Source of the DNA: Owenia fusiformis
Lineage: Eukaryota
Assembly (NCBI GenBank): GCA_903813345.2
Contig: CAIIXF020000001.1
Span: 8,246,001-8,310,000 of the forward strand
Direction of reading: 5' to 3'
DNA: 64,000 nucleotides
Made by a program: the position numbers and the translations under genes
Shown here: positions 12,061 through 24,330 of the stretch, piece by piece
How positions within the stretch are numbered: the stretch's first letter is position 1
How the letters are laid out: the number at the start of each line of letters is the position of its first letter
Notes under the pieces: model-generated
The model's input: only the letters and a program-made list of their open reading frames with translations
The model's database searches: none
What the model was told of the DNA's origin: nothing

Positions 12061-14399
12061 CCTTAGCAATTAGAGTTGCAATCAAGACCCGTTGTGACCA
12101 TCTTCATTCTTCAGACGTCGAATGTCAAGTGAATTGGTCAAGTTATTTGGTCAACTTGACATACCTTAACTGAATCCATGTTATAGGCCTGATATTTTAT
12201 CACGAAAATGTTCAACTATAACTAGATAATAGCAACGCCAAGGCGGGGCAAATCCCATCGAACGGCCATGACTTACCATATTCTACTCCACGCTTCTATT
12301 CCACGCTAGACACTCAGTAAGCCATGACTTTAACTAACTCTAACTCGTCTCATTTAAGGCCAGCTGTTTATAAAATTGTGATCGAATGTGCCAGTACCAA
12401 CGGTCATCTTTGTGAAATCTCACCACCCCTTGTTTATCACACATAAAAAATTGCTTTGGAAAATGGCCACTCCCTAGCCAAATTGTCATAAGAGAGCGTA
12501 ACATGCTTTTAATTATTCACATATAACAAAATTGCTCCAATTCTTATCCAGTTATAGCATAAAGCATGAAAAATAAAGTTTCAATAAAATCGCTCCATCA
12601 CTTTTTGTTGTTGTAGCATAAGATGTGAAGTAGCACAAGTAAAAATGGCCGCTAATCAGCCAAAACGCATAAGAAAATGTAGTATGCTTCTACGTAGTGA
12701 CATACAAAATTTCAGCAAAATCACTCCACTACATTTCGAGTAAAATAACACACTGTCAAAAAGACAGTGTACCATGGTTATGAACAAATTCGCACTACTT
12801 GTCCCATAAAAAATCGTAAAGTAGCGCATAACAGCGCTAAATTCAAGATGGCCGCCAATATTTTCAACTTTATCCATATCTTATTCATTTTTTGGTTTAA
12901 AACATGTTAACATTACAGTTTTATAATGTTGTACCTAAAATACTGTAAAATGTGCCCATTTTGAAAATGGTGGCCATTTTGAAAATCGGCTTTCAATCAA
13001 AACTCATATGGGGCAAGTATATAAACGATATTGGGCAAACGATATTTGAGTTATTGCTGATGGGATAATCATATGCATACAAGCCCAAAAAGCTTACCAG
13101 GTTGCAGCAATTTGGTCAGTTGTGAAACATCTTAGCAAAGTCCCGAGGTCCAGTCCTGTTGCACCAACCATTGCCAACCGCATGCATAGGAAATATACGA
13201 AGAATTGATTCTACAAACCCGACAATTTCTTCCTCATTTTTTTCATTTTATGACTTTGTGACTTCATTTTAAGCGGAGGTTTTTTAGCATATTGCCAATG
13301 AAATGCAGCTACGAAATTGAGGCTAGTACCTACTGTGGATTATGAAACTATATTTAAAGTGTCATCATAGTTTACGACTGTGTGTACATAAATTCAAAGA
13401 AACTCAAAGAATGATAAAACCTAGGATGAAGAAAAGAAAGTTACCTTTTACGTCTATGATCCATGCTGCAAACGCCTAGTGAGAATGTAAGCTATATTAG
13501 ATAGATGTGTTTTTGTGGTGTTTGTATCATCATTGCCCGTGCCGATTATTGTACTCGTCAAGAGTGGTTGGTTGTCATCTTCTTTGGTTATGTAATCTTT
13601 AAAATCATCTTACGTTTCTTTTAGTATTAATTATGTCATGCAGCATTACATAGTCTTAGTGCCGTTTAGTGAAAAAAACGAAAAAACGTAAACTTACATA
13701 TAATATATGCCATATTTATAGTTACGTGGTCTACATGTAGAGGATTGTGAAGCTTACAGTGTGTTCAGGTGTTACTGTCAACAGAAGTCAGCTTGGCCTC
13801 ATTGTGGAGATACATCACTACCCCTGGTCTCAAAATCCAAATATTATATTCAGAACGATACCGTCCTTAAAACAGAGACATATAAAACAGATATGCTCTT
13901 TGTTCAAGATTTCCAAAGTAGTTTTCCCACTTCTTTTAACTAGTATGTTTTGGAAGTCATCTCACCATTAAGCATTATTGAGAAGCGGTGACATTTTGTA
14001 TTATAACCATGCAATAACTAACCACCTGTTAGAAAGATACATCACAATCACAAAGACCCCTCTGTATTTTACTATTAAGAAACTTTCGATGCAAAGAAAG
14101 GAAGTACATTATTTTAGTATTATAAAGTTATCAATACAACCGGTGTACATGATAATTAACTTCTCAGTTTTTCTCCTTTTACCTCGAGCAAGAACACCTA
14201 ACGAAGGCACCGGTGAGTTCATTAATTAATTTACGCACTACTCTTTTGTCCTAATTAATACCCATTAGGATAAAATGTATTCACAATGATGGCAATACCT
14301 ATTCATTTTCCATAGCTTGAAAGAAGAGATCCGGCAGATCAGTCCATCTATTGGTCACTTTTTCCGGAGTATTTCCCGATTCCAATTTCAAAATCCAGC

Positions 14400-15060
14400 A
14401 GTTTAAATCAGATAAGACTGGAGATATAACAAGCTACAAGAACAGACTAGCACAAGCACAAGGAACATCACGGAGTTACGGCTAGCAGAGCATAACACGA
14501 GAGAACAACTTATAGACTAAATAAATGAAGTTGATTGTTTATTATCAACAAATGTTACATGTTAGGCTTACTTTTAACATATTGTTTTACAATTTAGGGC
14601 CAGGGGATTAAAACGAAGGAGAGATTGAAACATTACAAAGAACAACAATTATATCACCGAATTATATATTGACTTAAATCAAATTTTGCTAAAAATCGGA
14701 CGAGGACGACTGGACTGGACGAGGATAGTAAACTGAACGGCAAATCTGTTTTAACATGCACAAGTGAAACAGAATTTTTGCAAAGATCAAATAGGGATTA
14801 CGTGAAAGCTTCCTATAAAAATCACAGGACAGCAAAAACATCATAACGCTTTTAAAAACTACGCTAGCGTGGATTGATTACTATATGGTCATCACAAATA
14901 CAAATAGGTAGGCCGAATATTAAAAATTAATGAAAATTAATTATAAGGAGGCCTGCAATAGTTTATTGAATTTATCATTACTATTCTAAAAGACAAAATA
15001 GTAGTAGTAGCAAGTAGGTTTGATATTCATTCATTGGCTCGGGAAAATTTGAAAACTCTG
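14400..15060 (+). other. Candidate non-coding first exon (5'UTR) of the GPCR
   Basis: Consensus donor CTG|GTAAGT at 15060/15061, A-rich repeat-free leader-like sequence, TAAT clusters upstream. The start is only a guess. Confidence 0.3.
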
Positions 15061-15090
15061 GTAAGTAAGAATAAGCCCCACGACATGGAT

Positions 15091-15793
15091 TTTTCAAATA
15101 CACCATCCACGTTGCCTTCTGAGTTCTATAGCTTTTCCAAATACCTCATCCACGTCGCCTTCTATAGCATCTTCAAATACATCATCCACGTCGCCTTCTT
15201 AGTTCTATAGCTTTTCAAAACCCCATCCACGTCGCCTTCTATAGCATCTTCAAATACACCATCCACGTCGCCTCCTAAGTATAGCTTTTTCAAATACCCC
15301 ATCCACGTCGCCTTCTATAGCTTTTTCAAATACCCCATCCACGTCGCCTTCTATAGCTTTTTCAAATACCCCGTCCACGTCGCCTTCTATAGCATCTTCA
15401 AATACACCATCCACGTCGCCTCCTAAGTATAGCTTTTTCAAATACCCCATCCACGTCGCCTTCTATAGCTTTTTCAAATACAACATCCGCGTCGCCTTCT
15501 ATAGCTTCTTCAAATACACCATCCACGTCGCCTTCTAAGTTCTATAGCTTTTTCAAATACCCCATCCACGTCGCCTTCTATAGCATCTTCAAATACACCA
15601 TCCACGTCGCCTTCTATAGCTTTTTCAAATACCCCATCCACGTCGCCTTCTATAGCATCTTCAAATACACCATCCACGTCGCCTTCTAAGTATAGCTTTT
15701 TCAAATACAACATCCGCGTCGCCTTCTATAGCTTCTTCAAATACAACATCCGCGTCGCCTTCTATAGCCTCCTCAAATACGTCGCCTTCTATA
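15091..15793. repeat. Minisatellite, 36-bp unit with longer variants, ~19 copies
   Basis: Tandem TTCAAATAC(A/C)CCATCCACGTCGCCTTCTATAGC(TTT/ATC); some units carry TAAGT-type insertions. Confidence 0.95.
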
Positions 15794-18700
15794 TAGAAGC
15801 CCTTCTCTCAGCTGGAGACCAAAATGCCGCTGGAAAGTAGGGACTCTGTCTAACAGAATACTTATACCAACAGAAAGGCATTTTTGTTATGCTTTGAATG
15901 GAACACGTTTGAAGAAAATCGGTGCAGTATGAGACTCGCAATCCTTGATTTTCAAACACCTGGTAGGTCAAAAATTCAAATTAACGGTCGAAGTATGTAT
16001 GTACAAGACGTACAATGTCAATTTGTGCGGAACAATTTCTGTACATGTCTACAAGTTTTGTTGGCACCATTTTGTTCACAATTCATTTTTGAAACTCTAA
16101 AATACCTTGACACACTATTTGGATCAAAAACTTAACAATAATTTTATCCAATTCAAGAGAAAAGTAAATAGAGCAATCACCCGTCCCAAGTTCATCCTGA
16201 ATATCATCAAGTTCAAATTAGAAGACTGGAAAGCTCTCGCGTGGAAGAACAGCATGGTGAATGTAATATATGATGCCGTTAACAGTTATCTCGCAGGGTA
16301 TCATCAAGCTAATTTTCAGAAATCGGTCCTAATGGATTTCAAATCTGATTAGCAGACGCATTTCCAAGAGAAATGTTTAAAAATAATCACAACTCTTCCC
16401 CAACTTGATGTCTTAACGATTTGGTTGTAATTTATCACCATGTTTGTTATCTTTCTATTTTAATTGATAGCATAGGTAAACAGTAGATAGCATGATGGAT
16501 GGCTAATATTCCAAAGCAAATTATAGATGAGTTTAGATATGCACAATATAACATCGCGGTGTCCTTAATGATGAATGACAAAATCCAAACTATAATAGAG
16601 AAGCTACTTAAAAACTTCTGGTGAAAAATAGTATTATGATTAGACAGCTGTCTCGACTGATGTAATCGCATTGGTGTTGTTCTGGATTAGTTCCGTTTGT
16701 TTGAATACGTTTGCATTTATATCTGATCCCAAGGGCTCTCCGTTTGATTTTGAAATGCATAAAATATCATATTTAAAACATTGCTGAAGGAATCTTAACA
16801 TCGAACGATGTGCCCAAGGCTTCGGAAGCCTGTTGCAAGAAAGCTTGATATAAGACACGCAAATATAACTATGTAACGTAGGCCAGTGATAACGAAATTA
16901 TGTTTTCCCCCGTTTTTTCTATAAACATATCAGTTAGTGATTGAACAAATTAACTGATATTTTTGAAATTGAAATTTGAATTGAAAGGTTATGGTTGATA
17001 GGTAATGGTTTGGTGTGAATATTTGAACTAGTTCTGATAACACTGGTCGTGATAACTGATATTGGAATTTTCTGCTTCATGAAAAGCAAAATTATGCATT
17101 AAAAACTCTTTTTTAAAATCCCAAAAACTAATCGGTCAAAACATAAACTTCTAAAAAGCACATAATTTAACATCATGATAATTCATGGCCTTTTATCAGT
17201 TCCTTTTTAGAAAGTTGAAAAACAGAAAACAGATGCGATGCCAGTGATGGGTATCTGAATGTATAATATAGCTATGTGTAGAAAAACAAGGTCAAATCAT
17301 GAAAACAGGCTTTATGTTGCGTTTGATCCTAATTACATTATTCTGTTCTTTCACAAAAGGAATCCAAGTGAAGTTGGCGCATGGCTTTATTATGCTTCTC
17401 GTGGGTTATCTTTTTGCAACGCTAAATAACTTTAGTTGATTTCAGTACAAACCTCCGAAAAATGCTAAAAGAGTGGTCGTTTTTATATTTCAGATTTACA
17501 TTACCCCAGATCTCCCAGACTACTTGTCATGATTTAGGAAAGTGATTTGAGACGTTCTCTCCTCTAAGGGTACTTTTAAAATATATAATTTGAATCTTAA
17601 ATTCTTAACGTAGTTCACAATTAAAACTGCTCCGTCACAGCGGACAATAAAATTAAACATGATTTTTTTTATAAAAAAAAAACAAAACAATACATCAAAA
17701 TCTCATTAATACCTTCAGAGTTATGCTGAAAACATATGTTAATATTATCGTGTCATTATATTGTGCCATAGTATGGAGTTGGAGTATGATACTCCGGCGC
17801 CGTTTTCAATAGCTTTTACTCTTAGCGTTGTTGGACTTCAAACAGAAGTTAAAGCTACCCGCAAATGATATATCCATTGCATGGAGTAAGTAATGTTCTT
17901 TGGTATAGCGAAACATATGAGTGAAAATAAATTGTGTGATTTCTTAGTGTTTCTATGCAAAATAGCACGCTCCGTCACAGCGGACAAATTTTTCGATACC
18001 AGCCTGTGATAGAATTACAATATTTTGAGTCACCAGCCGCATATCTACAGTTATTACACTAGTATTTCTAGGTAAAGTTATGGGTTTACAGAGAAAGTCC
18101 ATATTAGCCTATAATACCCAATGTCCAGGGTCCACCTTGTCATATTCTCAGGTGACTTTTGAGATGAAACAAAAAGATAATGCACGGAATGATCAATCAA
18201 ATCCTTTTAAATTACGTTCTTCATTACGATTTGCTTTTTGCGGTAAGGCTATTTGAGACATCACGAGGGGGTAGAACACAATCATACATTCTAATTAGAA
18301 GCTATAAATTGACGGAAGTGATCGTATAAATAGAGTTAATGTGATCATAATTCCTCAATATTGCCCCATGGATCTTCCACATTTAATTAGAGGAATGTCT
18401 TAAATAAACACAACTTGACAACTTGGTTGCAATTTGGAACATCTATAACCTTGTTGAAAGGATGTGGGGCACATTTTTGTTTGTGCTGCCTAATCTAATA
18501 CAGAAAATGATTAACACTAACTAGAATGCCTCCAACCGTATAATGTGAGAGGCTGTGTCATTTTGGCAAAATATCTCCTGAGAGTGAACAGGATCGGACC
18601 TGCTTTCATGGTGCATTAGCATAGCGCTGTCCAGACAGCCATTTACAAGCAGAGATTTCAAGGGTTTAAATGATTTTAGTATATTTTATCCATTAAATGA

Positions 18701-19251
18701 ATTTTTCAGCTCGACTTTGTCTCAATTTTGTTCGTTCCTCTATCATTTATATGACCCAGCCTACTAAGGTAATAGAAATAGAAACACTAAACGTATGGAA
18801 AAGAAATTTTAGCCCTTTGAAAATGTGTACAGAAAAATGTAGAAAAATTTCTTAGAAACGTCACTTATATAAACCTTCAAAACAAAGGTACTTTAGAATT
18901 TTGAAATTGTTCTAAAAATTGAAAAAATAAAAAAATGTTTTGGGAAGTGCACATTTCCTTCTTGTGATCGCCATTTTTGTGTGAGACAATTTTTCCAAAT
19001 TACATTGCCACGCCTAACCATCGACAACGTACAGTGTCAAAATATACCGTCGTACACTTTAGATGTACGGTGTCACTATTAACCGATATGAAGCAAAGAC
19101 AATGATGTAGGTTTGATTTAAATTTTAAAAATATTATCTGAGGAATACATAAAGGATTTCATGTTTGATTTCGTGTGTATTCGTTTAGAAAGACATTTAA
19201 CTTTTTAATAACGTTAAAAGATTTTCGAACAGTGGTCGATTTGATCACTCG

Positions 19252-19648
19252 AAAGATTGACATCGAAAAAAATATTTCAATTTTTTCAAAGAGTTTTGGT
19301 TACCTTAGTGACATCAGTAATGTTTCAAAATATTTTTGATATGCTAAAACATTGAAGTGGCCCATTAAATATGGCATTTTATTATTGAAATAGTGTGTCC
19401 TTTGTTCAATCTTTGCATTGGTGTTAAAAGATAATCTTTTTTGAAATGCATTAAGAAATATTTGATGATTAAGAAATTTCAACTTTTTTTGAAAAATGGC
19501 GGGAAATTTGAATATTTGAGAAATAAAATGCTCACAACTTTTTTTCCAAAAAATGTTTTTTGTTCAAAAATCTCTAAAATCACTTTTTAAGTCCTGACAA
19601 ATAGTAAATGAATGATAAAAAAATATTTTCAAACTTTAGACGGGGACT
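19252..19648. mobile_element. Right half of the Kolobok-like element
   Basis: Near-identical to 10951-11340 and ends CGGGGACT|TTAA. Confidence 0.85.
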
Positions 19649-20419
19649 TTAAAGATTTGGCTATAATTTAAAAAATCATAAGTGTACGTTATCAACTCGA
19701 ATGTACGTTGTTCCAATGAACTTATTCAATTCACAGTTAACCAAAATGTAGGCAACGTATTTTTCATAACACTAACAGGCATGGGGGGTCAGATGCATTT
19801 AAAATTGAAACTGAACAATTACAGTATTAATTCAATTTGATTGAACTATTGAAACTATTGAGCGCTTTCCAGATATATCATAAACGGGATTTTAAAAAGT
19901 CATATTCGATAAGCTAGTATACAGATCTATCTTTCAGTGTAACTTAACAAAACGTAAGGTACAGACGCCAAATAATCAGAGTCTGGAAGCTAACACCTAA
20001 TGGCCACAAATTAACCACCACCACAACAATACAATACAAATGAAAAAGCACTCAAAAGAGTTCAAAAATCACATATACCTTATCTTTAAAATCATCCGTA
20101 CAAAGGATACTTGAACATGTTCGTTTAAGATTACTTGTTACTCATAAAAATCTTTTGCATTTTGAAATGAAATCATTGTAGTACATTGTTTATTATTAAA
20201 TCTCATGAATTTCAATTACAGGGCCAGGGACAACGCACATTGGAGTTGACAACGCACATTTCTGATTTTTTAAAATTATAATAAATACATGAATGTTTAG
20301 TAATCTCCACCCGTCCTAAAGTGTGTAGTTTAAAGAAACTTATCCTCATAAAAATATTCGACACACTTAGACGACAGGGGAGGAAATGATCAAAGGAAAT
20401 GCTTAAAAAACAACATTTT

Positions 20420-21045
20420 CCGACCGATCAAATTATATTTGATCGATTCTTATTATTACTGACCCTAAGAAACTTCAAGAAACTCTATTGAATTACTGGA
20501 AAAATGTTGGCATTAATAATAAAAACCCTAAAACTAGCTCTGATGGTAATGCAGCAAAGGTTGCATCATTGGAAACTTTAAACGATATATCTGAAAATGC
20601 CCTCTCTAACATTCCCATTACTATAGAAGACATAAAATTACTTGTATCCAATTTGAAAAATGGTAAAGCCTCTGGCATCGATCAGATCCCAAATGAATTT
20701 TAAAAGAATTGTAAGAATTTTATTGCAGAACCTCTTTTCCATTTATTTCCATTCATAAAGCACCATGAAGCCATCCCAAATGAATGGAAGCAAGGCTTAC
20801 TTAAACCACTTCACAAAGAAAATGATCCTGAAGTCATTGATAACTACAGAGGTATTACCATTACATCCAATATTAACAAACTCTTTTCCGGCCTTCAGGA
20901 ATCAAAAATTATGAAATTCCTTCAACAAAATGGTCTTCTCGGAAACCTCCAAGGAGCCTTCCAGAAGGGTAAGAGACTTGTAAATCATGTCTTCACTCTG
21001 AAAGGTCTATGTTCTCTTAGAACATCGAAACGTCTTAAAACACTG
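20420..21045 (+). pseudogene. LINE ORF2 reverse-transcriptase fragment (RTE-X-like)
   Basis: ITIEDIK..VSNLKNGKASGIDQIPNEF*...IPNEWKQGLLKPLHK...DNYRGITITSNINKLF...QGAFQKGKR..NHVFTL, RT domains 0-2 with an in-frame stop. Confidence 0.85.
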
Positions 21046-21149
21046 TTTACAGTCTCGGTATACAATTTTGACGGTTGACCTCTGGAGAGGTCTACAATTG
21101 TTTTGTTAGTCAGAAGAAATTAATAACACACATATAGACGATAATCATC

Positions 21150-21592
21150 ATTTCACAATCTTTTCTTCGATTTTTTTAAGAAAATCTAAAGACAGTGGTA
21201 GTTAAACTCTCTGTATTCGGCACATCACTGCGTACTCACTCGTAAATTAATGTTAATTTTACGTTTCTATTTGTATTTTTGCTATACTTGTCGTCTAGTA
21301 GACAAAATATCACTTTCATCAACGTTTACAAAATGTCCGTCTACCATGTTTTTTCTGTATGGCTTCATTTCACAATCTTTTCTTCGAACCACGCCAACAA
21401 TAATTTTTTTAAGAAAATCTGAAGACAGTGGTAGTTAAACTCTCTGTTTTCGGCACATCACTGCGTACTCACTAGTAAATTAATGTTAATTTTACGTTTC
21501 TATTTGTATTTTTGCTATACTTGTCGTCTAGTAGACAAAATATCACTTTCATCAACGTTTACAAAATGTCCGTCTACCATGTTTTTTCTGTA
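21150..21592 (+). repeat. Tandem duplication of about 220-230 bp inside a TSD-less insert (about 21095-22113)
   Basis: 21172-21359 is repeated at 21405-21592 almost perfectly. The insert ends CCAATCAGATGCGAGTATTTACACTGAGGTGCTAACAATA. Confidence 0.8.
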
Positions 21593-21635
21593 AACATTAT
21601 GACGTCATATTCCCCATAATTCACAAGTGTAGTAC

Positions 21636-21940
21636 CAAGGAGGATTGGCTCCCAGGATCGAAACTCGATATTTTCCAACAATGAAAACGTCGAAATGTCG
21701 TTATTTTCTGAAATTAAAACCGACTATAAATTCAAAATAAACAGTTCAAAAGATTCGAACCAATATCTCGATCGTTTCTTGTGAGTTTTGGAATTTTTCG
21801 TTTGGAAATAAGACCAAAATTCACGATTTAAATGTTGAAGTGAACAAAATGGCGGCTGTTTGAATTCGAATTTTGTATTACGACATACCCATATATGGGA
21901 CAGAATATCGGTGGTGCACTCTGGGAGCCAATCCTCCTTG
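21636..21940. mobile_element. MITE with 20-bp TIR and 9-bp (or 7-bp) TSD
   Basis: GTGTAGTAC|CAAGGAGGATTGGCTCCCAG ... CTGGGAGCCAATCCTCCTTG|GTGTAGTAC. Confidence 0.85.
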
Positions 21941-22119
21941 GTGTAGTACAGTAATATACGCGTTCAATAATATGATATCCCATAATGCACAGGTGGGGTA
22001 CAGGCAAAAATGTTGACCGCTAATTGACCAATCAGATGCGAGTATTTACACTGAGGTGCTAACAATACCGCTAATCAACCAATCAGATATATTTCAGTTA
22101 AGGTACTAACAATACCTAT

Positions 22120-22752
22120 GAAGGCATTTGTAGACAGGAACGTACCACTAATTTTATTGATGACATATCCCATTATAAATCTCTTAATACTTATTCCACC
22201 TTTAAGAACCACCCATACCAAGAAAATTATCTAAAACAAGACTTTGATTTTTATGGTTCTAGACTCAAATTTCTTGCAAGAACCAACAATTTTTGCCTTG
22301 AATCCAATTACTCTGTATGGGGCAAAAGTGATGGCAAATGTAAACTTTGTAGTTTGAATGTACATGAAGACTTACAGCATAGGTTGCTGCTGTGTGAACA
22401 TTTTAAAGAAGAACGTGAATCTTTTTTCCACACTGTTTGTAAGCAATGTCCTTCCGATTTATTTTCTGATTTCATTAAGGGTAATCTGACTGAAAAATTT
22501 ACCTTTATGCTTGGTGATGAGACTTTTTCAAAATGGGGGCAAGACTATTTTAGATTATTTGATAGCAAATGTAAAACGCTTTTTAACTCAATTGTACAAG
22601 CCCAAAGATTTATGTCTTTGATTATTTATGCAACATTGGTTTAAAGAAATTATACATGACTTTGTATTTTATTCATATTGTATAGTTGTATGTAGCCGCA
22701 CTGGATAATAATCCATGTGCCACTGTTATAAAAGTGTTGGCAAATAAATAAA
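22120..22752 (+). pseudogene. 3' end of the same LINE (CCHC domain, 3'UTR, AATA tail)
   Basis: KSLNTYSTFK..YQENYL...LKFLARTNNFCLE...GKCKLCSLNVHEDLQHRLLLCEHFKEER, then a hairpin GCCAC..GTTGGC and AAATAAATAAATA. Confidence 0.8.
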
Positions 22753-23648
22753 TATGGGTAGATTGACCACGAAAAAATCGACCACTGTTCAAAAATCTTT
22801 TAACGTTATTAGAAGGTTAAATGATATTTTTTTCAAAACCTACATCAAACCTACATCATTGTCTTTGCTCCAAATCATTTAATAGTGACACCGTACAACT
22901 AAAGTGTACGACGGTATATTTTGTCACTGTCCGTTGTCGATGGTTAGGTGTGATTGCTCCTTCGTTGTTAACATTTAGTGTGATTCAATAAAAAAAATAG
23001 TGTAACCTATAACCACCCTTAGTATTCGGTACCCTGCGCGCAGAGTTTAGTTATAAACTACCAAGACAATGGTCCCTTTTATGAAGTGAAATCGAACGAA
23101 TGCAAAGGCTAAGTATTCGGTGAAATCTGAAGTTTGAATTGATTGATTTTAGATATTCAATAGGAGAATTGCATATCCTGAATAGATATACATGTATGTT
23201 ACTAACATATTAAAACCTGTTCTATGATATCATGCTCTCTCTAACAAGGAGAAAATAAACATAAAACATATTCCAATGTTACTTCATATCAATTCTGTTC
23301 TTTTATACAATAATCTCTTAAATTACATTGCATCATATTAAATTAAACGAATGCTTCTGCAATTCCTCGATATCATAATAGCTCATTTGTGATATTATTC
23401 AACTGGATATTTATTACTTCCAATTCGATTTCGTCTTGCAATTTTGTAGAGATTGACGGGGTAGTAAATTGTGCTTTGCCGAGTGGGTCTCTAATTTTAA
23501 CGCTTGTAATACGTTCGCATCACACTTTTACTTCTCAAAATAGAATTCATGTAAACACAGTTTTGAATGTCACCAACCAAAAGCCGAAAGTGTGTTGAGT
23601 TGTGAAGGATGTCAATTTTATACGTCTGGTCGGAATTCCTTACGAAGG

Positions 23649-24330
23649 TTTTTACCGTACCTTAAAAAAGTACGATATCGTCGTCAGATTAGCGGGTGCG
23701 CTGGTAGGCGGGCGGGCGGGCGGGCGGCGGCGTCTCACTTTTCTTGTCATCGCGTTTCCAGAAAAAACAGAATTTTGACACATCTTACACAGGGGGGGGG
23801 GGTGCTTTTTCACCATTCTGAGCATTTTTCAGGTGATTTTGGCCTTTGGGGCCAAAGTTGCCAAAAGTGAACCCCCCTGGAATTTTTCAAAAAGTGAACC
23901 AACCTTGGCAAATCCTGGCTACGGATCTGCGGTAAAAAGTTCTAAAGGTGACTAACTTTTCGAAGCCATTTTGCTTTCTCGCAGCCATTTTGGACGCTTT
24001 CAGATAAACCTTATCATTGCGATTCCAATAAAACCACGTAACAGAATTACTAGTCTACAGAATTACTTCGAATTTTTTCACATGTTACAATCATGGTGGA
24101 AATTTCCAAACTGATTTAATTTTCGATGGCCATTTTGCTTTCTGATGGCTACTTTGGAAGTTTTTAAATAAAGTTTGTCATCGGAATCCAGTAAAACCCT
24201 TTATTGGAATAGTTTCAAATTTTTACACATGTTACACAGTAAGAAGTTCTTGCGCTAGTTAATTTTGGCAACCATCTTGCTTTCTGGATCGCTATACTTT
24301 GTTTTCTTCATCCTAGGTATGACATTGTTC
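23649..24330 (+). mobile_element. Helentron-associated (HINE/DINE-1-like) element
   Basis: Starts in a T-run with a short inverted pair TTACCGTAC..GTACGATA, followed by a (GGCG)n microsatellite and repeated GCCATTTT blocks. Another MITE end is nested at about 23790-23929. Confidence 0.55.

Larger units (their letters stand above)
19009..22952. mobile_element. CAC...GTG element with 5-bp TSD (Transib/RAG-like), long TIRs, carrying nested inserts
   Basis: ATTGC|CACGCCTAACCATCGACAACG ... CGTTGTCGATGGTTAGGTGTG|ATTGC. Arms about 19009-19242 and 22772-22952. Confidence 0.8.

Noticed and set aside
15250-15713. ORFs with GDVDGVFEKAIE repeats; superficially CRISPR-like array
   Set aside because: Translation of a 36-bp minisatellite, frameshifted by variant units. 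No unique spacers, no cas genes, eukaryotic context.
16107-16858. Several 70-80-aa ORFs
   Set aside because: No recognisable domain or consistent splice chain.
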